Numbered from the stretch's first letter, positions 30,904 to 41,846 are shown. The stretch is 64,000 nucleotides of DNA from Candidatus Campbellbacteria bacterium (GCA_034521025.1 JAXHMZ010000005.1:126796-190795); one strand, 5' to 3'. Notes: a model not told the origin generated them from the sequence alone. Numbers and translations: made by a program.

Positions 30904-32487
30904 TTATAAAAATATTGGCTTTTGACGATATTGCAGCGCTTCAAGCAAATGCTTTTCCTTTACTCTCTCACTTTCATTCAAGTCGGCTATGGTGCGGGCA
31001 ACTTTGAGTACCTTGTGATATCCGCGCGCTGAAAGTTCCAGTTCATTAGCTACATTTTCTATAAGAGTATACACTTCATCTTCGGCGTTTATCTTTTGGG
31101 TTATAGATCTTGGTCCCAATTGTGCGTTTCTCTTTACCTCTTCCTTTTTAAACCTTTCTGACTGTAAAGAGCTGGCTAGAGCGATCCTTTTCTTGGTCAT
31201 CTCCTCTTCGGCAAAAGGATCACCCTCCTTCTTTGTTGTGCTTTCACGTAGTTTAGATATTTCTATCTTGCCCACCTCAATCCATAAGTCTATTCTGTCC
31301 AGTATGGGGCCCGATAGTTTGCGCTCGTAGCGCGCGAGATCGCTTGGGGTGCAACGGCAATCTTTTTCGCTCCCCCGATTGCCGCAAGGACAGGGGTTCA
31401 TAGCGGCTATAAGGATAAAATCTGCCGGAAAGCTTGAGGATCTTTGTGATCTGGAAACGGTCAGTCTTTTTTCTTCCAAGGGCTCTCTCAGAGACTCAAT
31501 AACACGCCTGTCGAATTGAGGAAATTCGTCCAAAAAGATGACACCGCGATGAGCCAGCGTTATTTCTCCCGGGCGAGGGTTCGCTCCTCCTCCAACTATC
31601 GATACATAAGAAGAGGTATGGTGCGGAGACCTAAATGGCGGTCTGGTCAGAAGCGGCTGATCGAGCTTCCCTACCGCTGAATGTATAGCGGTAACCTCGA
31701 GGGCTTCTTCAAAAGAAAGGTCGCTAAGTAATGAGGAAAATGCTTTTGCCAAAAGTGTTTTACCTGTGCCGGGAGGGCCAAACAAAAGTACGTTATGTCC
31801 GCCGGCTGCCGCTATCTCGAGCCCTCGCTTTGCCGTCTCTTGGCCTTTAATGTCATCGAGACTGACGCGATTTCTATCACTGTCTTTTAGTTGTTTGGGT
31901 TTGGTTTTGGGTTGCGCCGATAAGGAGCGCGCAAATAATTTGCCCTTGGTATCCCTTTCTAACGCGCTTTCGGGGTCTAAGTGAGTTATAAGTTCGTTTA
32001 AAGTTGAGGGTGAGTATATATCTACATTTTCAACCAAAGCAGCTTCTTCGGCATTCTCTTTGGGTACGAAAATTTCCAAATAGCCCTCTTCTTTTGCCTT
32101 TTGGACTATGGAAAGAACGCCGTTTATAGGTTTGATCTCGCCGTTGAGTGAAAGTTCGCCGAGAAACATCTTTTTTTCGGGCGCAAAATTAATTTCTTCG
32201 GAAGCCAGAAGGTATGCCATAGCAATACCCAGATCGAACACCGGTCCGGTCTTTTTAAGTTCTGCCGGAGCGAGCGAGATCACCACGTTCTCGTTTTTCT
32301 GTTTGGGAGATTTAAACCCCGAGTTTTTAATAGCCGCGGAAACCCTATCGTGTGATTCTTCTACTGCTTTGTCGGGAAGTCCCACCAAGGTGAACGAGTT
32401 CAACCCGCGCGCGATGTCTATTTCTATAGAAACGAGCTTTGGCTCTAGCCCGTCTATTTGAGCACTAGTCAGTTTAGCAAAGCCCAT
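30904..32487 (-). CDS. comM: YifB/ComM-family Mg-chelatase-like AAA+ ATPase.
   Basis: Walker A LLFGPPGTGKTLLAKA, a sensor region and a C-terminal domain, as in ComM. Confidence 0.8.
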   Translation of the reverse strand: MGFAKLTSAQIDGLEPKLVSIEIDIARGLNSFTLVGLPDKAVEESHDRVSAAIKNSGFKSPKQKNENVVISLAPAELKKTGPVFDLGIAMAYLLASEEINFAPEKKMFLGELSLNGEIKPINGVLSIVQKAKEEGYLEIFVPKENAEEAALVENVDIYSPSTLNELITHLDPESALERDTKGKLFARSLSAQPKTKPKQLKDSDRNRVSLDDIKGQETAKRGLEIAAAGGHNVLLFGPPGTGKTLLAKAFSSLLSDLSFEEALEVTAIHSAVGKLDQPLLTRPPFRSPHHTSSYVSIVGGGANPRPGEITLAHRGVIFLDEFPQFDRRVIESLREPLEEKRLTVSRSQRSSSFPADFILIAAMNPCPCGNRGSEKDCRCTPSDLARYERKLSGPILDRIDLWIEVGKIEISKLRESTTKKEGDPFAEEEMTKKRIALASSLQSERFKKEEVKRNAQLGPRSITQKINAEDEVYTLIENVANELELSARGYHKVLKVARTIADLNESERVKEKHLLEALQYRQKPIFL

Positions 32488-32543
32488 TACTGTAAATTTG
32501 ATCTGTTATTAAATAATAAAAAATGACGCTTGGGCGCCATCAA

Positions 32544-32933
32544 TTAGTCGTTCATATGAGCCTTACTTGTTCTGGCCGCCGGGTTTGCCTCTAATCGATC
32601 TTTTTCGATGGGCTCTCCGGAAACCTCACAAATTCCGTAGGTGCCGTTTTCGATCTTTTCAATAGCGTCATTCACTGCTCTGAGCTGAGACTCCAACTCT
32701 TCGGTTATGACGCTTGTCTCGTAAAATTCTTCTTGTTCATCAGCTGCTTCGTTTCGGTCTGCTTCTTGTATATTTAGGTCTCTGAGCTCGCCCTCCCAGT
32801 TTTCTTTATCTAGTTTGTCGTGTTGATCTCCGGCTCTGCCCAGGCCTTCTAAAAGAAGCTTCTTTTCTTCTTCTAGTCTCTTTTTGAAATAGTTTGTGTC
32901 TATGTCTTTTCTCATTTCTATATTGTAACCCAA
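32544..32933 (-). CDS. DksA/TraR-family coiled-coil protein with a degenerate (mostly Cys-less) zinc finger.
   Basis: Long acidic coiled coil followed by C-E-V-S-G...RLEANPAA...TSKAH in place of the CxxC...CxxC motif. Confidence 0.4.
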   Translation of the reverse strand: MGYNIEMRKDIDTNYFKKRLEEEKKLLLEGLGRAGDQHDKLDKENWEGELRDLNIQEADRNEAADEQEEFYETSVITEELESQLRAVNDAIEKIENGTYGICEVSGEPIEKDRLEANPAARTSKAHMND

Positions 32934-32955
32934 AACATTTTCTTCGCTACCCTTT

Positions 32956-34111
32956 TTACTCTTCTAGGCGCAAGATAATGTCGCGCAGAGCCTCAGAGGT
33001 TCGGGTTAGTATGAGCTTGTTTTCTTCCGGAAGAGAGTATATCAAAATACTTTCTCTCTCGACTTCTTCGTTGTTCGTTTCTGAATCTGCCTCAGTGCTA
33101 TCTTCGGCTATTACTAACTCTCTTGCGTCGTACCCCCTGACAGTTGAATCTTCGAAAGAATTATTGCTCGAAATAGCGGCGCGGTGTTGGTGAAAAATAT
33201 TATAGAGATCGCTTGCCATATCCTCTTCCCAGTCGAGCAAGGCGCCGAAACTTTCATCGTATGATCTTATATCAGCCAATAAAAATACCTCTCCGCCCGA
33301 GCTTTGTGTATCAATAGCTCCAATTGTATAGCCCTCGATGTTACGAGCGAGCGCGCTGTCAACGGAGAGATCAAGTAAGCTAAAAACTTCTCTTGGGGTT
33401 AACATAACCTGCTTGGTCTCCTCCTCGGAAGCCAGCACTTCTTTTACCGGAATAATGGCGTGTATACCTCCCGAGCCTGCTTTATCTATGCTTCCCAAGA
33501 TCGCTTCTCCAAATTCTCTGCGACTGGTGGAATTATTTGTAACAAATATTTTTTCTGAACTTGTATCGATCAGTGTTTCGTATGTGACGTTGCTTCCGTC
33601 CTCAGAGGTATCCGGATCTCCTTTGAAAAACGAAAACGAAGGGAGTGATATGTTAGGCATAGAAATATTAGGCAGAGAAAAAGATCCAAGAGATATACCC
33701 TGTCGAGAAAGGAAGAGATAAGAAGATCCGAGAAATACAACCAAGACCAGCACGATCACAAAAGCGCGTAGTGGAAAACGCCTTGAGGTTGATCCAGAGT
33801 AAGAGCTATGATCGTCACTGTGGCTTTGTATTCTTGGCGACCTTGGGGGTTTCTTGAGGTTTTTTACTTTGTCTTTTTAGGGCTTCTCCGGCCAAAGTAA
33901 TGTTTTGTTCAGAAGTGACCGTTTGCATGTCTTCGGCCAGTGTTCTGATAGGCGAAACTTTGGATACACTTTTTGGACTATCAAATTTTGGCGGTGGAGC
34001 CTGACTCTCTTTTTTGTTTGGATCTTCATTTCTAACAGCTTTGACGATCCCACGACCACCTTTTTCTAGGGATTCTGAACTTGTTTGGAAGCTGTCTTTG
34101 TATTTGGCCAT
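32956..34111 (-). CDS. Membrane protein: Lys-rich cytoplasmic N-region (33815..34111), a TM helix and an extracytoplasmic domain (32956..33759). Probably one gene with a frameshift.
   Basis: The downstream ORF's frame stays open upstream (...RRFPLRAF-VIVLVLVVFLG), giving a positive-inside TM topology. Confidence 0.3.
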
Positions 34112-34189
34112 TGTAAAGAATGCTATAACGGGGGCTCTTATAGTCTAGATTCTATCACGTTTTCGCTCTCGGCTTTCAACAGTGCTTAA

Positions 34190-34753
34190 TTATTTTTTTG
34201 GAGACCGGGAATTTTTAGAATTTTTCTTACCACGTCTGGAGCGTCGGTCGTTGATCAAGTACTTTGAACTTTCTTCGTCTAGGTCTACAAAATCGTCCGC
34301 CGCTTCTTTAAGTCGAGCGGAGGCTGATTTTCCGAAGGTCATAACTTCAACCTGCGAACCTTCTTTGTTTTGTATGTAAGTGACCAGAGGTACAAAATCT
34401 CCGTCTCCCGAGCAAATAACGACCGCGTCTACTTTTGTAGCTAGCTTAATGGCGTCAACCGCAATTCCGACGTCCCAGTCGGCCTTTTTCGCTCCCCCGT
34501 AAAATATTTGTAAGTCCTTTGTTTTTGTCTCTATGCCAAGCTTTTCTAAGGCTTCAAAGAAGATCTTCTCTTCTCCGGTTTCGGTTGTGATCACGTAAGC
34601 AATGGCCCTGATAAGTGACCTTCCCGCTACGGCGGAGTCAAGCACTTCGCCGAAATTTACCTTCGATTTATAAAGGTGTTTTGCACTATGGTATAGATTT
34701 TGCGCGTCAATAAAAACAGCAACGCGCTGCTCCTTATGTTTTATTATTGTCAT
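34190..34753 (-). CDS. NYN/LabA-like (PIN-related) domain protein.
   Basis: VAVFIDAQNLYHS... and ...DAVVICSGDGDFVPLV motifs, typical of PF01936. Confidence 0.65.
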   Translation of the reverse strand: MTIIKHKEQRVAVFIDAQNLYHSAKHLYKSKVNFGEVLDSAVAGRSLIRAIAYVITTETGEEKIFFEALEKLGIETKTKDLQIFYGGAKKADWDVGIAVDAIKLATKVDAVVICSGDGDFVPLVTYIQNKEGSQVEVMTFGKSASARLKEAADDFVDLDEESSKYLINDRRSRRGKKNSKNSRSPKK

Positions 34754-34867
34754 GAAAAATAGAACTAAATTTATAAAAAGGATCCTGAATAAATATATAA
34801 ATTATATAGATCAGAATATTCGTTCGCTCAATTAAAAACTTCTGCCTAGCTCTTAGTATACTCTAAA

Positions 34868-34898
34868 GATGTAAAAAACCTCTGTGGAGAGAGGTCAA
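34868..34898 (-). terminator. Rho-independent terminator downstream of rpsO.
   Basis: On the - strand, a CCTCTCTCCACAGAGG hairpin followed by a TTTTTT tract. Confidence 0.5.
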
Positions 34899-34900
34899 AA

Positions 34901-35164
34901 TTATTTTAGTTTGAGCTTCTTGCGAATCTCTGTGGCTCTCTTTGGAGATCTCTTATCCAGATATTTTAGGTGCTTTCTGCGGTCGGCGACCATCTGCAGA
35001 AGCCCTCTTCGTGAGTGCTGATCTTTGTAATGTTTCTTAAGATGAGCCGAAAGAGAGTTGATGCGCTCTGTGAGTAACGCAACCTGAACCTCCGGAGATC
35101 CCGTGTCCCCTTCTTTCGTTTGTGTTTTTGAAATTATTGTCTGTTTCTTTTTCGTGCTAAGCAT
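34901..35164 (-). CDS. rpsO: 30S ribosomal protein S15. The ORF-track start at 35215 is probably an artefact; the true start is the internal Met.
   Basis: ...[48 protein letters not shown] matches the S15 consensus. Confidence 0.85.
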   Translation of the reverse strand: MLSTKKKQTIISKTQTKEGDTGSPEVQVALLTERINSLSAHLKKHYKDQHSRRGLLQMVADRRKHLKYLDKRSPKRATEIRKKLKLK

Positions 35165-35335
35165 AATTTTTCTTATGAGCTTCGGCACTGTAGCACATAC
35201 TAGCGATCTTTGCAAGTATTTGTACTAGATGAGTACACCGTTAAATAGCGCCTTTGAACAACTTCGGAAGTTATTCAACAATAGTTACAAGTTGACAAAG
35301 CTTTGGACTGATATACCGTTAAATATAGAAAGGAG

Positions 35336-35758
35336 GTGATCAGGTTGAACGGATGCATAAGGTATTTCTTGGGCGAGGAAGACTTCAAAAGAGTAAAGGC
35401 AAACATCACCGAAGGAGGTCAGCTTGAGTCTTCTTATCGAGGACTGTTAAGCGACATAGCCGCAGTTGTTTTGTGCGAAGCCAACTTGGACTTCTCGGGA
35501 AAGGAATTGAGTTTTTCGCTACTGATCGAGCTTTACTGGAGGGCTCGTTACCCTGGATTAATGAATCGTGAAAAAAGAAGAGTTGATGAGGCTTACGAAT
35601 ATAAGAACAAATTGCCACCGGTAGATGAAAGAGTGGTCCTCGAAGAAATCCTCGTAGATAAAGAAGTTTTCAGGTCGTGGCTAATTCAAAACACCGAAGG
35701 AGTTCTTGTGGAGTCAGCCGTTTCCGACGAAACCCACGCTAAAATACCCTTTAGCTAG
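35336..35758 (+). CDS. Hypothetical protein.
   Basis: ORF with an RBS (aaaggagg). No recognisable domain. Confidence 0.35.
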   Translation: MIRLNGCIRYFLGEEDFKRVKANITEGGQLESSYRGLLSDIAAVVLCEANLDFSGKELSFSLLIELYWRARYPGLMNREKRRVDEAYEYKNKLPPVDERVVLEEILVDKEVFRSWLIQNTEGVLVESAVSDETHAKIPFS

Positions 35759-35797
35759 TAGACCGCGTTATTTGAAACGAAAGCGCGGTCTTTTTCT

Positions 35798-36765
35798 TTG
35801 CTATACTATAGGTATAAACGGCTTATGAATGCTTTAGAGACTTATAAACGAGAATTTCTCGAACATATTGAAATTGAAAAGGGGCGTTCTCTCAAAACGG
35901 TTGAGAATTACGACCGCTATCTAAATAGTTTTTTTGAATTTGCCAAAATATCTCAACCGGATCAGAAATTAACGAAGAATTAATTCGTCGTTTTCGTCTG
36001 CATTTGAACCGCAAGCGAGCTAACGCGGACGGAGATACTCTAAAGAAGAAAACGCAAAATTACTATTTGATCGCGCTCAGAAGTTTTCTGAAGTATTTAT
36101 TAAAAAGAGATATCTCTACTCTTTCCCCCGAAAAAATCGAACTAGCCAAAGTGTCCGACAGAAACCTTGACTTAATTACTCGCGAGGAGCTGAATAGGAT
36201 CTTAGCTGGTCCGGACACTGACAGTGAAAATAAAAACGAAAAATTGGCGGCGCTTCGTGATCGAGCTATTTTAGAAATGCTCTTTTCTACCGGATTGCGT
36301 GTCTCCGAGCTCTGTTCCCTTTCTAGAGAGATAGACTTAAGCCGAGAGGAGATGACCATTAGAGGAAAAGGAGATAAGGTGAGAATTGTTTTTATCTCGG
36401 AAGACGCGAAAGACGCTGTTCGTGCCTATCTGAAAGAGCGAGTAGATATAGACGAAGCCCTTTTTATTTCACACTCCAAGCGTGACATCAACAAAGACGG
36501 GAGCGACGTTGAAAGACACCTGACGCCGCGTTCAGTAGAAAGAATAGTAGAAAAATATGCTATTAAGGCCGGTATCTCAAAGAAAGTTACTCCTCATGTT
36601 ATACGGCATTCTTTCGCGACCGATCTTTTACAAAATGGAGCTGATATACGTTCTGTGCAGACCCTGCTTGGCCACGCTGATATCTCCACAACACAAGTTT
36701 ATACACATGTGTCGAACTCACATTTAAAAGAGGTCTATAAAAAGTATCACAACAAAAAGAATTAG
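35798..36765 (+). CDS. XerC/XerD-type tyrosine recombinase. Split (35798..35983 and 36004..36765) by a frameshift near 35955-35975.
   Basis: N-terminal SAM-like domain in ORF 1. ORF 2 carries the catalytic R...HxxR...Y set (LRVSEL, HVIRHSFAT, TQVYTHV). Its frame reads ...NEELIRRFRLHL upstream of the start. Confidence 0.8.
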
Positions 36766-36994
36766 TCGTGAATATAAGCAAACAAAAAGGGCGCAAGAGT
36801 TGGGGGTGCAAAACTCTTGCGCCTGTATACAAGGGGCGGCTGATGCTTTCTCTTTACTGGGAGGTCGCGCGGATGGGAGAGGAGGAGATAGCGAGCAAAG
36901 CGAAAGCAGTCCGGGAGGAAAAGGAGCCACCCATAAGATATTCTACCCTGAAGATACACTATATTGTGCGAATTATCAATATTGATTAGAGTAA

Positions 36995-37030
36995 AAACAA
37001 GAAAAAGGCGCCCTTTAGAGACAGGCGCCT
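36995..37030. terminator. Bidirectional terminator hairpin between xerD and ctpA.
   Basis: AAGGCGCC-CTTTAGAGAC-AGGCGCCTT flanked by A-runs and T-runs. Confidence 0.45.
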
Positions 37031-37038
37031 TTTGTGTC

Positions 37039-38613
37039 TTAAGTTCCTTCAGCTTGGCAGGCTCTCTGCAGGGCTCCGATGGTATCAACGTCTATTTTGG
37101 GGTTCGAGAAAGGCACCCCCTCACCCTCGGCGATCCTTGTGATCTCCTCTCTCTGGAATCTTTCTGTTTCAATATCCGGAGCAATGCCTACTTCGTGAAA
37201 GTTTTCTCCAGAGGGTGTCAGTAGCTCGAAACTTGTTACGTGGGAAGTCCCCCTGTTTTTCAAGTGAAGCAATCGCTGTCCTACGCCTTTGCCGAACGTT
37301 CTTTGGCCTACCAGGGTAGCCCCTTCTGACTGTAGGGCGGCCGCGAGTATTTCTGCGGCGGAAGCTGTTTGGTTGTTGATCAGTACTGTGAGTAATCCGA
37401 CATTGACACGCTCTTTTTCTTCGATGTTTGTCCTATGTTCTTCTAGGACGCCATAGCGATCCTTGGTGTAAAGCACCGTCGAATCGTGTGGCATGAACTC
37501 GCTTGCTACGTCAATTGCCGTGTCAATCAATCCTCCTCCATTCCCCGTTAAGTCCAAAACTATGTTGGGGAGAGGACATTGATCTCTTATTTCCTCCAGA
37601 GCGTCCCTCAGTTCACTGTGGGCTCTTTCCTTGGAAAGAGATCTCAAGCTGATGTAGAACGTCGCGTTGGTAAGACGCCTTGATGACACCAACCGCGGAA
37701 GATCGCTTAGGCGCTGAAGCTCTATTATCTCATCAGCGCCATCACCGTCCTTCCTCAGTACCCTCATTTGTACTGTCGTTCCGTGCGCACCTCGCAAGGA
37801 CTCGATGGCTTCTTCCAAAGTTTTAGGACCTACCGGATTTCCGTTAATGGCGTAGAGCTTGTCGCCGTATCTCAGTCCGGCTTCTTCGGCCGGGCTGTTT
37901 TCTCTCACGTCGATTATGGTAAATGGACCGACGTTCTCTTCCCGGAATATGGTTATACCCGGACCGGACCATTCTTCTGCTGAAGCCATTGCTCTATCTG
38001 AAGAGCGTGCAACTTCAACGGGTGTTCTGTAGAAGGTGTACCTGTCGTGAAGTGACCAAAGAGCCTGTGATATTGCTTCTCTGAGCGGTCTGTCTGCCGT
38101 GTTTAGCAGATCTTCCCGGCAAAGGTAGGAAAAAAAGTAGAAAAAGTCTTTAGCATTTCTACTCTCGTTTACTTTTTCGTAAGCGATCAAGCTCTCGAGT
38201 TTTTGGTTCACAGGCCTTACTTCTTCGCGCAAAAATCTTACGGTCCTTTTCAGCTCGTGATCTCCGAATGAATGTTTGAGCGATAAGTTAAGGCCAACCA
38301 GGGCGTTCCACCACATGTGCTCCGAAGTTGAATTTCCCGGAATGTCGTAGAGGAAATTGCGCTCAGCGAGTTCAGTGGTTTGTATCAAGGAGACGAGGTC
38401 TTCCAGCTCTAGACCGCATACATCGTCGTTGTCGGTTATGATCTCGGCGACTGCTTGAAAGGTTTCGGTCTCTTTCTCTTTCATATTCATCTCCTCCAGT
38501 TGCGCTCTCGCGGATATGCCAAGTATAAGTGCGGTGAAGATGAACGCGACCACTGCCAGGACTTCACTAAGTCGATGCATTTTCTGACCACACCTCCTTT
38601 CGTGGCCTGCCAA
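37039..38613 (-). CDS. ctpA: S41-family C-terminal processing peptidase with a PDZ domain.
   Basis: PDZ-like segment (YGDKLYAINGNPV...). S41 catalytic region (...ASAAEILAAALQSEGATLVGQRTFGKGVGQ). Confidence 0.75.
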   Translation of the reverse strand: MAGHERRCGQKMHRLSEVLAVVAFIFTALILGISARAQLEEMNMKEKETETFQAVAEIITDNDDVCGLELEDLVSLIQTTELAERNFLYDIPGNSTSEHMWWNALVGLNLSLKHSFGDHELKRTVRFLREEVRPVNQKLESLIAYEKVNESRNAKDFFYFFSYLCREDLLNTADRPLREAISQALWSLHDRYTFYRTPVEVARSSDRAMASAEEWSGPGITIFREENVGPFTIIDVRENSPAEEAGLRYGDKLYAINGNPVGPKTLEEAIESLRGAHGTTVQMRVLRKDGDGADEIIELQRLSDLPRLVSSRRLTNATFYISLRSLSKERAHSELRDALEEIRDQCPLPNIVLDLTGNGGGLIDTAIDVASEFMPHDSTVLYTKDRYGVLEEHRTNIEEKERVNVGLLTVLINNQTASAAEILAAALQSEGATLVGQRTFGKGVGQRLLHLKNRGTSHVTSFELLTPSGENFHEVGIAPDIETERFQREEITRIAEGEGVPFSNPKIDVDTIGALQRACQAEGT

Positions 38614-38692
38614 GCTGTCGTGTCAAAGAGCGGTTTATTTGATTTAAAACAAAAAGTTCCGCGCAGTCAATGCTTTTTGGTATGATAGAGAT

Positions 38693-39469
38693 ATGAAAAT
38701 CATTTCTTGGAATGTAAACGGCATAAGGGCTTTGGAAAAGAAAGGACAATTCAACTGGCTTTTAAGCAAAGGTCCGGATGTTTTTTGTCTGCAAGAAACC
38801 AAAGCCAGAGCAGAACAACTGGATGAGTCACTTCTTTCTCCTGCCGGTTACTTTTCCTTTTTTTCATCACACGAAGAAAAGAAGGGGTATAGCGGTACAG
38901 CTTTATACAGCAAAAAAGAGCCGGATAGGGTTGACCATGGAATCGGAATAAAGGAGTTTGATAACGAAGGTCGAATGGTAATAGCAACCTTTGGCAAAAC
39001 TATCGTAGCTAATGTGTATTTTCCCAATGGCGGAGGAGGCCCGGAACGGTTGGATTATAAGCTGAGATTTTATGATGCCTTTTTGGAATATTGCCTCAAA
39101 AAACAAGAGCAAGGATATGAATTGATAATAGCCGGTGATGTTAATACGGCACACGAAGAAATTGACCTTGCTCGAGCAAAAGAGAATGAAAAAAACACCG
39201 GCTTTTTGCCGGAAGAAAGAGCGTGGATCGACGAGGTGATCCGCAATGGATTTGCCGACGCTTTTCGTAGTGTTTATCCAAATAGAGCTGAGGCCTATAC
39301 ATATTGGGATCAAAAAACATACGCGCGAGAGCGTAATGTCGGTTGGCGCATAGACTACTTTCTAGTTACTCAGGGAATTAAAGCAAAAATAAAAGACGTG
39401 GTTCTGCATACTGACGTAAAAGGTTCTGACCATTGTCCGATAGAATTAGTTCTAAAGGACACTTTGTAA
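38693..39469 (+). CDS. xth: Exodeoxyribonuclease III.
   Basis: MKIISWNVNGIRA..., ...CLQETK..., and the C-terminal ...GSDHCPIELV. Confidence 0.9.
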   Translation: MKIISWNVNGIRALEKKGQFNWLLSKGPDVFCLQETKARAEQLDESLLSPAGYFSFFSSHEEKKGYSGTALYSKKEPDRVDHGIGIKEFDNEGRMVIATFGKTIVANVYFPNGGGGPERLDYKLRFYDAFLEYCLKKQEQGYELIIAGDVNTAHEEIDLARAKENEKNTGFLPEERAWIDEVIRNGFADAFRSVYPNRAEAYTYWDQKTYARERNVGWRIDYFLVTQGIKAKIKDVVLHTDVKGSDHCPIELVLKDTL

Positions 39470-39545
39470 AAGACATTCTAAAGGACATTTTTTGTAAAGG
39501 ACACTTATCCACAGAAATGTCCTTTACAAATCTAAAGGACAAATT
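39451..39545. repeat. Array of five CTAAAGGACA-type repeats (one inverted) enclosing a perfect DnaA box (TTATCCACA, 39505..39513).
   Basis: Direct reading: the 12-mers TGTAAAGGACAC / TGTCCTTTACAA flank TTATCCACA as an inverted pair. Confidence 0.5.
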
Positions 39546-39847
39546 ATACTAATAATCAGACGTATCGCGATACAATTTTAGAGAAACATATTCGGAATTC
39601 TACAAAAGGAATTCATCAATTAGGTAGCTGTTTCTTGTAAAACATATGTTCTTTCCTGTCCGCGCGGCCACGTGGACCACAACTAAACAAAAGCCTGCGT
39701 TATTTCTCGCTAAATTGCGAATTTGCTCCTAACTTATCCCACTTATTGGCAAGCCCGCACTATTTAGCCCATTTCAAAGCCGTACTTGCGACCATTTTTC
39801 ATCCCACTTATTTGAGTTGCATCATAGTGCGGCTTTTTCTATTTTAT

Positions 39848-39863
39848 TGTTTCATGTGAAACA
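39848..39863. promoter_or_regulatory. parS-like site (TGTTTCATGTGAAACA, one mismatch).
   Basis: 16-bp palindrome matching the parS consensus TGTTNCACGTGAAACA. Confidence 0.5.
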
Positions 39864-39895
39864 GATTTAAGGTTTCTCGGGAAACAAATATAATA

Positions 39896-41392
39896 CTATT
39901 TTACCCAGTATTTTTTGCGAATTTCTTTAATAGTAGCTTCGTCGTACTCCTCTTGGGTAGATTTCCCCTTTTTTCCTAATTCCTCTAGTTCTTTATTTGG
40001 TAATTTGAACAACTCTTCTGCCCGGTTTTTGAGATACTCTGCGATGTTTTTGTCGGGGTCATCAAGGACTTCTTCGAGGAGAGCGTGAAGGATATAGCCA
40101 ATATGAGGACCCGGTTTTGAATCTGTCAGTTTCATAATTTCACTGCCGTCAATTTTTAGCATATCTACGGATATTGGGTCTCGCAGTACTTCAGCGATCA
40201 TCGCCTCGTATTTTCTTAATCTATAAGGACTTTCTTTAGGTCTTCCGGTTCCGATCCTGTCGGCACGACGCAAGCTCAAAAGGTCTTCGACGTTCTCTTT
40301 CCCCACGTTTCTTACCATTCTTCTGACCGCGGAATATGATATTTGATCAGTATCCGTAAAAAACATATGCCATCGTACTAACTTTGTTACACGTGAAACG
40401 GTCTCTTTTGGATATTTTAAGCGTTCTAAGACAGTCTTTGTTACACGTGAACCAACCACGTCGTGGCCGTGAAATGCCCAATCTTTTTTCTTGTTAGACC
40501 ATTCTCGCGTATATGGCTTACCGATATCGTGAAAAATTGAAGCAAGTTTTACGTGAAACGGAAGATCTTTGTCAGCTGCATACTGAGCTGTGCGTAGCAA
40601 ATGCTCCCAGACGGTGAAGGCGTGCGCCTGATTTTGCTCTATTCCCACACTTTTCTCAAATTCGGGCAATATAACGTGCAATATTCCCAAACGTTCCATG
40701 AGAAACATACCAGTCATAGGGTTTTTTGAATCGATGATCTTGGAAAACTCATCTCTAATTCTCTCTTGAGCGATGTTTTTGAGCTCTTCTGTGTGGTTTT
40801 GAATGGCCTCTTGCGTAGAATTCTCAATAGAGAAGTCTAGAGTTGTAGCTAGGCGTACGGCACGCATTATTCTAAGCGCGTCTTCAGCGAATCTTTGACT
40901 CGGGTTTCCAACCGCTTTAATGGTTTGTGCCTTAAGGTCATTTTGTCCGTTGTAGGGGTCAACAAATGTTCCACGAGAAACGTCGGAAGGGTTATTTGCA
41001 CTTAGATCCGGGGATAATGCTATAGCATTAACTGTAAAGTCGCGTCTTTTCAGGTCATCATTAATGTTTTTCGTGAAACTAACCTGATCTGGCCTTCTTT
41101 TGTCGCTATAACCGCTTTCTTCGCGGTATGTAGTAACTTCAATTGTTTGGTGACGAGGGTCTTCTGCGTCTTCAAAAACAACACCAACTGTTCCAAATTC
41201 GTTTTCGTAAAAACTGTGTTCAAACAAAGACAATATTTCTTCGGGAGTAGCGTCAGTGGCGACGTCCCAATCGTCTGGCTCGCTTTCAAGGAGTATGTCG
41301 CGCACGCAACCACCCACAAAATATGCCTCAAAACCGGCTTGTTTGAGAGTTTTTACCGTATCCAGCGCTTCCTGAGGTATTTGTTGTGCCAT
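39896..41392 (-). CDS. cca: CCA-adding tRNA nucleotidyltransferase with a C-terminal HD domain.
   Basis: YFVGGCVRD...DWDVATDATPEE Pol-beta-type head. HD motif ...FHDIGKPYT. Confidence 0.85.
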   Translation of the reverse strand: MAQQIPQEALDTVKTLKQAGFEAYFVGGCVRDILLESEPDDWDVATDATPEEILSLFEHSFYENEFGTVGVVFEDAEDPRHQTIEVTTYREESGYSDKRRPDQVSFTKNINDDLKRRDFTVNAIALSPDLSANNPSDVSRGTFVDPYNGQNDLKAQTIKAVGNPSQRFAEDALRIMRAVRLATTLDFSIENSTQEAIQNHTEELKNIAQERIRDEFSKIIDSKNPMTGMFLMERLGILHVILPEFEKSVGIEQNQAHAFTVWEHLLRTAQYAADKDLPFHVKLASIFHDIGKPYTREWSNKKKDWAFHGHDVVGSRVTKTVLERLKYPKETVSRVTKLVRWHMFFTDTDQISYSAVRRMVRNVGKENVEDLLSLRRADRIGTGRPKESPYRLRKYEAMIAEVLRDPISVDMLKIDGSEIMKLTDSKPGPHIGYILHALLEEVLDDPDKNIAEYLKNRAEELFKLPNKELEELGKKGKSTQEEYDEATIKEIRKKYWVK

Positions 41393-41557
41393 TTATGCTT
41401 AATTGTATTACAGGTTGTGGTATTTATCTAACCAATTTAAGAAGTTTCGATTAGATAACTCTAATTTAAATGATTATGTTGTCAAATGGAGCTAATGTTT
41501 CAAATACGCCCATTTGCATTTATAATTCAGAGATATATACTGAGTTTCTGGAAAAAC

Positions 41558-41629
41558 GCTCCCGTGGTGAAATGGATATCACAACTGACTTCGGATCAGT
41601 TATTCTGGGTTCGAATCCTGGCGGGAGCA
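41558..41629 (+). tRNA. tRNA-Arg (anticodon TCG).
   Basis: Manual cloverleaf fold: acceptor GCTCCCG/CGGGAGC, D-arm GTGA/TCAC, anticodon loop CTTCGGA, T-arm CTGGG-TTCGAAT-CCTGG, discriminator A. Confidence 0.85.
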
Positions 41630-41846
41630 CACGAATGAAGTGAGTGGGCCTCCGAGAAAGCTCATTTCTGAGCTTTCGTCCGGGAGGACTGTTTGAGAAG
41701 GTTGCCAGATGGTTTGGAGAGCTTGCGAGGCAAACCATCGACAACCTGTACTGCTCCTGTAAGGAGGAGTATATCGCGCGGAACGTAGTGAGCACGATAC
41801 GAGACCTGTACTGATCATGTAATGATCGAATCCTGGCGGGAGCACA
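41630..41846 (+). mobile_element. About 200-nt insert ending in a direct repeat (41826..41846) of the tRNA-Arg T-loop-to-3'-end (41611..41631). Contains a module homologous to those at the Gly-GCC and Pro loci.
   Basis: 21-nt exact repeat TCGAATCCTGGCGGGAGCACA. Internal ...GAGTATATCGCGCGGAACGTAGTGAGCACGATACGAGACCTGTACTGA... is about 75% identical to the other modules. Confidence 0.5.

Noticed and set aside
40375-40560. Three CACGTGAAAC-like half-sites inside the cca coding sequence, considered as additional parS sites.
   Set aside because: They are half-palindromes only and lie within a conserved ORF. They are likely to be chance or codon-driven matches.
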